From assembly GCA_963664815.2 (NCBI GenBank), contig CAXXHB010000003.1:1664001-1728000 (forward strand): a DNA stretch of 64,000 nt. Reading direction: 5' to 3'. The DNA is from Spirochaetota bacterium (lineage in GTDB: Bacteria; Spirochaetota; UBA4802; UBA5550). Below the pieces are notes generated by a model. That model was not told the DNA's origin, did no database searches, and saw only the letters and a program-made list of their open reading frames with translations. Below are positions 30,561 through 37,999 of this stretch, in pieces; positions within the stretch are counted from its first letter, which is position 1, and each line of letters begins with the position of its first letter. The position numbers and the translations under genes are program-made.

Positions 30561-30707
30561 TTATTCTCCCTGCAGTTGCTTCTTGATCTCTTTCAGTTTT
30601 TCAATGTCATCAGGCGAAAGAGTCTTGTCTCCAGTGATAGCTTTTGATATTAGTCCAATCAGCAAACCCTTGCCGTAGTTGTCGAGATTCAAGCTGCTTT
30701 TTTTCAT
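30561..30707 (-). CDS. Small hypothetical protein (48 aa, not in the ORF track)
   Basis: ATG 30707 to TAA 30561 gives MKKSSLNLDNYGKGLLIGLISKAITGDKTLSPDDIEKLKEIKKQLQGE. The sequence is more GC-rich than its AT-rich flanks; GGAAAG lies upstream. Confidence 0.5.
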   Translation of the reverse strand: MKKSSLNLDNYGKGLLIGLISKAITGDKTLSPDDIEKLKEIKKQLQGE

Positions 30708-31332
30708 TAAATACTTTCCATGTTTAATAATATATAAGGTTAATGTTTTATGTACAATTATTCGGGATTATTTATTAACTTTTAAATTATGTTTATATAA
30801 TCCTTTTTTTCATGGTTGAATGATAATATAATTTTTCATTAATAAAATTTAAGCAATTAATGCCGAGATATTATATTTAACCTGAGTTTTGATAAAAATA
30901 AAAAATACATTAAATTGTCAACTTCAAATTATCAGTCTGTTTTGAATATTGTAAGATAATAGCTCTGAGTTCTTTTACTTGACATTTGTATTGAAATAGA
31001 GTTAATTAATAAAAGGTCAGGTTATTGATAGAAAATTTCTTATGTTATATTAAAAAGTTCGTTTAAAAAGATGTGTCGGCTTCAAAGTTTACTGTAATAC
31101 TGTTTACAGCGGGTTACTAACAGATTAGAACTTTGTCATTGCGAATATAGAGAAGGATTTTATTTTAGAAATATGTCTTTCATTGTATTAAGCAGGTGTT
31201 CAACAAAAAGACTTTCATGGTATTTAATGTCTTTCAGTGACATTGTTTGTAGTTATTAAATCTCTTACTGATATAATCTGATTAATTCTTTAAAATTACA
31301 CTTTGCGATGAAATAAAAACAGGAGATCAGAA

Positions 31333-32253
31333 ATGACGGAAATACTATCCCAGAATGAAATTGATGGTTTGCTCCTGGCGATATCTTCCGGAGATGTTGA
31401 GTCTGACGGTTGTTCCGGTGTCAGAGAGAAGAAAAAGTTAAAAATATATGATTTCCGCAGACCGGATAAGTTCACCAAAGAACAGTTCCGGATGCTGCAG
31501 ATGATGCATGAAACATTTGCCCGATTGACAGCCTCAATGCTTGCAAATCGTCTTCGTATAATGACGACAGTTACAGTTGTATCGGTTGACCAGCTTACAT
31601 ATGAGGAGTTTACCCGCTCAATACCTGATCCGGCAGTTCTTGCAGTGTTGAGTATGGAACCATTGCCAAATCATGCTGTGATTGAAATAGATCCCGGTGT
31701 AGCTTTTGCAATTATTGAGTGTCTTCATGGCGGTGGTAATACAGAATATGCGTCAATATCACGTGAACTTACAGATATTGAACTCCTTCAGATGGAACGG
31801 ATTATTACTGCCATGATATCAAACCTGAGTTATACATGGGCCAGTGTTCTTGATTTGAAAACCGGATTATCCAGTCTGGAAACTAAACCTCATTTTGCAC
31901 AGATAGTTCCACCCGAAGATTTAACAGCACTTATTACTCTTGAGATCAATATCGGGTCAATCGCAGGTTTGATGAACATATGTTTACCATACATAACAAT
32001 TGAGCCGGTAATAGACCTCTTATCACAACAAGGGATTCAGGATTTTAACAGCAAAGCGACTGAAAAAGCAGGTATAGATACTTGCAATCACTTCTTTAAA
32101 CGCTACATAGACTATTCCGGAGCAATTCCCAACATGAAGCCTGATGATTTGAGAAAGCTGAAGACTGGAATGAAAATTGAGCTTAACACAATGGCCTCGG
32201 CAAAAAATGTTTACGAATTTGCCGGAATAAAAAAGGTGGCACACAATGTCTGA
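31333..32253 (+). CDS. fliM: Flagellar motor switch protein FliM paralogue with a degenerate C-terminal SpoA domain
   Basis: N-terminal LSQNEIDGLL CheY-binding motif, YDFRRPDKF, MHETFARL, VDQLTYEEF, ELTDIE and GLMNICLPY; AGGAG RBS. Confidence 0.85.
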   Translation: MTEILSQNEIDGLLLAISSGDVESDGCSGVREKKKLKIYDFRRPDKFTKEQFRMLQMMHETFARLTASMLANRLRIMTTVTVVSVDQLTYEEFTRSIPDPAVLAVLSMEPLPNHAVIEIDPGVAFAIIECLHGGGNTEYASISRELTDIELLQMERIITAMISNLSYTWASVLDLKTGLSSLETKPHFAQIVPPEDLTALITLEINIGSIAGLMNICLPYITIEPVIDLLSQQGIQDFNSKATEKAGIDTCNHFFKRYIDYSGAIPNMKPDDLRKLKTGMKIELNTMASAKNVYEFAGIKKVAHNV

Positions 32254-34312
32254 TGGACCGTTGAGCCAGGAAGAGATTGATGCCCTGCTTCAGGGAGCCG
32301 GCTCTGTTCTCAAATCTGAGAAAAAAACGGAAGTGAGCGCTGTATCAGAGAATGAACCTGAAGAAAAAGGGGATTTTGATGAATTTCCGTTAACTGATAA
32401 TGATACGTTTGAAGAACCGTCGGGCATGAAAAACTGTTCAAAAACTGAGGCACCGCAGGAAGCTGCATCGAGGTTGATTCATATCAGAAGTGAACAACTT
32501 TACACCGGGAAACTTACTGTAAGAGAATCATTCAGCAATAAACTGATATCTTATCTGAACGGGAATGGTAAAAAGGCTTTGAAGAGTAAATACCTGTCAA
32601 CATTTTACAATGATATTCTTGATCCTGATGAAAAGAAATTTATATCCGGAGATGATTATGGTGATGAGTATGACGGCAGTGTTATGAAAGGGATATTGAA
32701 GAGAATCAGGAACTCAATAACTGGGGTTAATAAATTGGTTCCAGATGTATCCTGCGGATATGAGTTGAATCTTGAAAAATTCAGATTCCCTGTAACTGTA
32801 AGGGTTGAAGCAGGTACCGTTGTGTATAATGAAATAATCAGGGGAGAAGACCAGGTTCCTGTTTCAGATATATCGGGAAGAAAGGCGTTACTTGTTATTG
32901 GAGATATGGAGATCGGAAGCGGGAAGATATCCGCAAAAGATGGCAAAGTGGCATTTATTGAGCTTACTGATACTGTCATGAACAGCAGATCAGGAGCTTT
33001 GCCGTTGACAGATTTGCTTCACGAATACCGCTTTAATATATCGGTTGAGGTGGGGAGAAAGAGTATCCACCCGCTTGAAGCGGAGGAGATTTATAATGGA
33101 ACAGCACTTGTTTTTGATAAATACGCGGGAGAACATCTTGATGTAATTCTTGAAGATTATGATCTGGTTATTGCAAAGGGGGAGGCATGCATTCTTGGTG
33201 AAGTGACGGCTGTACGAATTACAGAAATGGTAAATATTAACCTGCCCGGAGTTCTTAATGGGGAATATGAGAAGAAGAGAGATATCGGGCCGGAGGCTAT
33301 TGTTCCCGTACGATTCGTTTACGGAAGAAGAAAAATGACAATTAAGGAAGTTATTGGTCTTGGAGAGGGGAGTGTTTTGGAACTGGACAGAATATTCCTG
33401 GTTCCTGCCGAGCTTATGTTCGGGGATGAACCGGCAACACGGGCAGAGCTAATTGTTGTTGATGGAAAGCTTGGTGCAAGGGTTCCGGTAGCAAGATTGA
33501 AAAATCTGTATGGTAATAAGCCTGTGAAATCCGTACTGGAATCCTCCTGTGAAAGAGAAGATGTGTCGGTTGGTGAAACTACCGGGCAGGATTATACTTC
33601 TGGAATGGATGGAGCAGATAAACCCTTCAGCTTTTTCAACGAAAACAATATTGAGCATACATTATCAGTTCTTGAAAACGAACATCCTCAGACAATAGCG
33701 CTTGTTCTGTCATATCTTGAAGCTAAACATTGTGCTATGATTCTCTCGTATCTTCCACCTGAAGTCCGTATTGCTGTTACCCGGAGAATTGCATGTATGA
33801 GGGGAGTTTCTGTAACAGTGATCGAGGATTTGGAAAAAGTGCTTCGAAAAAAGCTTTCAAGGATATCATCAGATAGATATCTTTATTCCGGGGGACTTGA
33901 CCATACCATTGAAATAATTAAAAATACCGATCATGGTATGGAAAAGTCTCTTATTGAGGGTCTTGAAGAGACAGATCCACAAACAGCAGCGGAGATAAAA
34001 AATGGAATGTTTTTATTTGAAGATATTGTATTTCTTGAAGACAGATCCGTACAGAAGGTGCTTAGAGAAGTAGATACTCAGGATCTTGTAAAAGCGCTCA
34101 GGGGAGCCAGTAAGGATGTGCATGAGAAAATATTCAGAAATATGTCAAAACGTGCAGTCAGTCTTATAAAAGAGGATATGGATTTCATGGGATCGATTCT
34201 TCTGATAGATGTTCAGAATGCTCAGGAAAAAATAATAAAAATCATTGGAAAACTGAAGGATTCCGGAGAAATATTAGTTCTTCGTCCGGGGGAAGATTAT
34301 CTGGCAAAGTAA
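32246..34312 (+). CDS. FliY/FliN-FliG fusion protein (CheY-binding N-peptide, 2-3 SpoA-like domains, FliG middle and C-terminal domains)
   Basis: MSDGPLSQEEIDALL N-terminus. SpoA-like segments ISVEVGRK..IAKGE..AVRITE and VRFVYGRRKMTIKEVIGLGEGSVLELD. From aa ~459: PFSF, EHPQ, GG, MFLFEDI and NMSKRA..EDM. Confidence 0.8.
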   Translation: MSDGPLSQEEIDALLQGAGSVLKSEKKTEVSAVSENEPEEKGDFDEFPLTDNDTFEEPSGMKNCSKTEAPQEAASRLIHIRSEQLYTGKLTVRESFSNKLISYLNGNGKKALKSKYLSTFYNDILDPDEKKFISGDDYGDEYDGSVMKGILKRIRNSITGVNKLVPDVSCGYELNLEKFRFPVTVRVEAGTVVYNEIIRGEDQVPVSDISGRKALLVIGDMEIGSGKISAKDGKVAFIELTDTVMNSRSGALPLTDLLHEYRFNISVEVGRKSIHPLEAEEIYNGTALVFDKYAGEHLDVILEDYDLVIAKGEACILGEVTAVRITEMVNINLPGVLNGEYEKKRDIGPEAIVPVRFVYGRRKMTIKEVIGLGEGSVLELDRIFLVPAELMFGDEPATRAELIVVDGKLGARVPVARLKNLYGNKPVKSVLESSCEREDVSVGETTGQDYTSGMDGADKPFSFFNENNIEHTLSVLENEHPQTIALVLSYLEAKHCAMILSYLPPEVRIAVTRRIACMRGVSVTVIEDLEKVLRKKLSRISSDRYLYSGGLDHTIEIIKNTDHGMEKSLIEGLEETDPQTAAEIKNGMFLFEDIVFLEDRSVQKVLREVDTQDLVKALRGASKDVHEKIFRNMSKRAVSLIKEDMDFMGSILLIDVQNAQEKIIKIIGKLKDSGEILVLRPGEDYLAK

Positions 34313-34331
34313 TTATTAAGGAAATTTACAT

Positions 34332-34976
34332 ATGGAACTGATAGACTTTACAGGGATATACCAGACAGGCGGAAAGTTTTTAAAATTTACCGGTTATAGT
34401 GAGCTGGCTGACAAATTGACCGGTATCAGCGAGAAAACCAGGAAAGAGGGATTGCTGGCTATTGAAGATGACCTGGAATATATGGATAATATAATGATGA
34501 AAAAGCAGTTTCAGCTGGTTGTAGATGGAACCGATCCGGAGATTGTTAAAAATATAGGTTCACTGCGGCTCTGTAATCTGCTTTATACCTTGAAGGAGAT
34601 TCTTGCATGTGCAGAATTCACGCTTTTCATGGATGCTGAAATGGAATTTGAATTATATCTGGCAAGTCGTGATGCAGCTTCCAGTGCGGTTCTTATAAAA
34701 GAGATGAGAGAGCAGATACTTTTTCTCAGAAAAGGGAATGAACAGGGAATTGAACTTCCTGAAAGGTTCAGAGCTGTTATTGATACGGTAAACTCCGGTA
34801 TTGACTGTGAAATAAAAAAGAATATTATAGAAAACCACATATGTTCAATACTTAATATAAACAGAATATATAATGAGGTCATAATAGCTGGTGTATTGGG
34901 AGTTCAGGCAGGTGACAACCCCTCGGTTCTCAGGGAGAAGCTTGATGCGATAACAGGTAATATCATTCAGGCATAA
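34332..34976 (+). CDS. Soluble MotA-like protein (cytoplasmic segments only, no TM helices)
   Basis: EKTRKEGLLAIE..QLVVDGTDPE matches the MotA cytoplasmic loop. EVIIAGVLGVQAGDNP..LREKL matches the MotA C-terminal tail. No long uncharged hydrophobic segment is present. Confidence 0.72.
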   Translation: MELIDFTGIYQTGGKFLKFTGYSELADKLTGISEKTRKEGLLAIEDDLEYMDNIMMKKQFQLVVDGTDPEIVKNIGSLRLCNLLYTLKEILACAEFTLFMDAEMEFELYLASRDAASSAVLIKEMREQILFLRKGNEQGIELPERFRAVIDTVNSGIDCEIKKNIIENHICSILNINRIYNEVIIAGVLGVQAGDNPSVLREKLDAITGNIIQA

Positions 34977-34981
34977 ATTAC

Positions 34982-35533
34982 TCAATCGAACATAACGTAA
35001 CTCACGGAAGACTCAATTTTTTTCTCTATCTCTTTTCTCTTTAATTTGAGATTTTCGAATTCACTTCGTGCTTCAGAGGTTTTTATCTTCTGCATAAGGA
35101 CGTCGCCAGTGTGTGTGTAGAAAAAAATTTTTCTTGAATTATATCCTCCGAAGTTGTAATTAACTATTGGTATTTTTTCTGTAATGAGAAAATCAACAAC
35201 CATTTCGACGTTTTTCAGCCCCATGGCCAGTTCATGGCTCATGGAGGGAAGCAGCTGAGCACCGCCGAAAATCTTTGCCTTTAGCCTGTATCTGTTCGTT
35301 CCGAGTTTCATCAACTGGTTTATAAGAAGCTCCATTGCATTGATTGCGTATCTTGCATCTCCCGGAGTTGATTTGCCTGATTTCTCTTCAGGGAGTAGTA
35401 TATGATTCATTCCCCCAGTTTTGCTGTATGGCTCAAAAAGACACACAGCAACACATGGACCGAGAATTGTTGTTATAACGGCAGGCTCTGCCGAGGAATA
35501 GTACTCGCCTATATGTATATTTATATTCTTCAT
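34982..35533 (-). CDS. cheD: Chemoreceptor glutamine deamidase CheD
   Basis: TILGPCVAVC, GGMNHILLP, KIFGGA and MGLKN motifs. Confidence 0.92.
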   Translation of the reverse strand: MKNINIHIGEYYSSAEPAVITTILGPCVAVCLFEPYSKTGGMNHILLPEEKSGKSTPGDARYAINAMELLINQLMKLGTNRYRLKAKIFGGAQLLPSMSHELAMGLKNVEMVVDFLITEKIPIVNYNFGGYNSRKIFFYTHTGDVLMQKIKTSEARSEFENLKLKRKEIEKKIESSVSYVMFD

Positions 35534-35577
35534 TTCAATCTCATAAATAATATAGAAAATTGACTCATATATTAGGA

Positions 35578-35616
35578 TAACACGATTGTGTTAGTTTTTT
35601 TAGCACGACTATGTCA
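35578..35616. promoter_or_regulatory. Tandem 16-bp palindromic operator pair (cheD / response regulator divergent region)
   Basis: TAACACGATTGTGTTA (35578-35593) and TAGCACGACTATGTCA (35601-35616). Confidence 0.6.
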
Positions 35617-35679
35617 TTGACTGACAGAAAGCATATGGTAATTTAATATCAATTCTTTTTGTTTTCCTTAAGAGGTATT

Positions 35680-36360
35680 ATGGAAAAAATTGTTATTGTT
35701 GATGACCACCCGGTTATTATAAATGGCCTTCGCGTTATTCTTGAGGAAAGCGGCCGTTATACCGTCACAGGTGAAGCCTTAAACGCAGAAGAGGCTATGA
35801 TGATACTTAATAAGGTTAGTGCTGATCTGATGATAATTGATGTAGAGCTTGGATGCGGATTAAACGGTATTGAACTTGTGAAGAAAATTTGCAAAGATTA
35901 TCCCGAAATAAGGATGCTGGTTATGTCAATGGATGACGGGGCTCTATATGCCGAGAGGGCATTAAAGGCCGGCGCGAAAGGATTTATATCCAAGGTTAAT
36001 GTGGCGGATGATATTTTTACGGCGATTGAAACTGTTAAAAAAGGTCAAATATATCTCAGCAGTGAGGTCTGCAATATAATAGCAGGTAATTATTTCAGAA
36101 ACTATATTAACCCGGTTGTGGATAATGATATGGCCAGCCTTACCGACCGTGAACTTGAGGTTTTTCAGCTTATTGGAAGAGGATATAAAAGGATGGAGAT
36201 AGCAGAAAGGTTGAATATAAGTGTAAGTACATTTGAGGCCCACAGGCGTAAAATAAGGAAAAAAATGAGCATAGAGACATCCTCGGAGCTTATTAAAACA
36301 GCAATTAAACACGAAGCTGAGCGATTTCATATCCAGCCATTATCTGAACCACGGCTGTAG
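35680..36360 (+). CDS. NarL/LuxR family response regulator
   Basis: IVDDHP..IIDVEL REC domain and LTDRELEVF..IAERLNIS HTH. ATG follows GAGG. Confidence 0.93.
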   Translation: MEKIVIVDDHPVIINGLRVILEESGRYTVTGEALNAEEAMMILNKVSADLMIIDVELGCGLNGIELVKKICKDYPEIRMLVMSMDDGALYAERALKAGAKGFISKVNVADDIFTAIETVKKGQIYLSSEVCNIIAGNYFRNYINPVVDNDMASLTDRELEVFQLIGRGYKRMEIAERLNISVSTFEAHRRKIRKKMSIETSSELIKTAIKHEAERFHIQPLSEPRL

Positions 36361-36424
36361 ACTGTATCTAAATTTGATAAATATGACAATTTAATTATTC
36401 CCTGATTTCCGGTATTATCCCCCC

Positions 36425-36462
36425 TAACACGAACATGTTATATCATTGTCACGATCGTGTTA
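36425..36462. promoter_or_regulatory. Tandem 16-bp palindromic operator pair upstream of the cheR-MBL-MCP operon
   Basis: TAACACGAACATGTTA (36425-36440) and TGTCACGATCGTGTTA (36447-36462). Confidence 0.6.
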
Positions 36463-36680
36463 TCTTTAAAAACATTTAGGTGTTATTGCCGGAGATTCAT
36501 ATTTCTATATTTTAATATTAAGTATAAGAAATTATCTCAGAGTAAAATTCCCAATAAAGCAGGGCAGGAGATAGTTGAACGTATAGCAAAAACAGCAAAA
36601 GAACTCGTCATAATTTTTTAATGTGTATAAACATTTCATTGAATACGAAATCGATGAAATGCAGGGGAGATGATAAGGTT

Positions 36681-37286
36681 ATGGCATTTACATACTTTTT
36701 CAGGGATATGCAGACCCTTGAGATGATAAGGGATTACGCAATACCAGTGCTGAGGACCAAGAGATATATAAATGTATGGGATGCAGGATGTGCCATGGGG
36801 CCTGAACCTTATTCACTTGCTATTATACTCAGGGAAAACATGGGGAACATGATTTTCAGAAATGTAAGAATATATGCCACTGATATAGACGGGAGTAATC
36901 TTTTTCAGGAGATTATAGAATCCGGGGAATACCCGAGGGAACAACTGGACAGAATTCCGTCAGATATATTCAACAGGTATTTTTCTAAAGTGGATGATGG
37001 TGAAAAATACAGGATATCGGAAGACATAATCAGATGCCTGCATTTTATAAGGCACGATCTTCTCTCACTTCATCCGGTAAAGAATGATTTCAGTATGGTT
37101 TTATGCAAGAATGTTCTGCTTCACTTTAAACATGAAGAGAGAGTTAAGGTTATAAAGATGTTTCATGAAAATCTTCTAGAAGGGGGATTCTTTGTTACTG
37201 AACAGACCCAGAAGATGCCTGAGGAACTGGATGGTTTTTTTGAACAAGTAGTATCTAATGCACAGGTGTACAGAAAGGTCGGATAA
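36681..37286 (+). CDS. cheR: CheR-type methyltransferase, catalytic domain only
   Basis: Starts MAFTYFFRD. Motifs WDAGCAMGPEPYSLA, ATDID, HDLL and CKNVLLHF. The N-terminal all-alpha domain is absent. Confidence 0.8.
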   Translation: MAFTYFFRDMQTLEMIRDYAIPVLRTKRYINVWDAGCAMGPEPYSLAIILRENMGNMIFRNVRIYATDIDGSNLFQEIIESGEYPREQLDRIPSDIFNRYFSKVDDGEKYRISEDIIRCLHFIRHDLLSLHPVKNDFSMVLCKNVLLHFKHEERVKVIKMFHENLLEGGFFVTEQTQKMPEELDGFFEQVVSNAQVYRKVG

Positions 37287-37894
37287 TGAGAGCGGATAAT
37301 GTGAAAATATATAATCTCACTGAAAACAGTAAAGTTTATACATCAAATGTTTATCTTATAACAGGAACTTGGAACAGGATTGATGATGTTAATGCACTTA
37401 TTGATGTCGGACGTGATCTTTCTATACTTGAAATGATTCTTGAAATCCCCACCGGCGTTGGTAAAAAACAGGTTGAGAAAGTAGTAATTACTCACAACCA
37501 TTACGATCACACATCAATGCTTCCAAATGTGAAAAAAGTATTTAATTCCAGGGTATGTGCTTTTTCAAATTCAATAGCTGGAGTAGATCGCATACTGAGA
37601 GACGGAGACATGATAAAACTTGGAGACAGGTTATTTGAGGTTATACACACACCTGGTCACAGTAGTGATTCAATATGTCTCTATAACATGGATGATGGTG
37701 CTCTTTTTTCTGGAGATACATCTCTTGTTATACGTAACACTGAATCATACTATGATGATGAATTTATCAGAGCTGTGGAAAAACTGTGCAGACGTGATGT
37801 GCAAATAATATATCCGGGGCATGGAGAAACTATTCGTGAAAAGTGTAATGATAAGATAAGGGAATCATTGAAAAACCTGAGGAAAAATAATTAA
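37286..37894 (+). CDS. MBL-fold metallo-hydrolase
   Basis: THNHYDH, TPGHS, FSGD and YPGHG motifs. Translationally coupled to cheR (TAATG). Confidence 0.88.
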   Translation: MRADNVKIYNLTENSKVYTSNVYLITGTWNRIDDVNALIDVGRDLSILEMILEIPTGVGKKQVEKVVITHNHYDHTSMLPNVKKVFNSRVCAFSNSIAGVDRILRDGDMIKLGDRLFEVIHTPGHSSDSICLYNMDDGALFSGDTSLVIRNTESYYDDEFIRAVEKLCRRDVQIIYPGHGETIREKCNDKIRESLKNLRKNN

Positions 37895-37999
37895 ACGAAA
37901 TTTATGTTTATCTTATCAGTGGAATTGAACCGGGTATAATGTTATAATCCGGATTTTAATAATTTATTTTATACAATATAGTGCAATGAGGAGGATGTA

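Noticed and set aside
31333-34976. Ordinary flagellar operon or a simple pseudogene cluster
   Set aside because: No other flagellar genes are adjacent. All three ORFs are uninterrupted with their interface motifs conserved, so neither label fits; treated as a finding instead.
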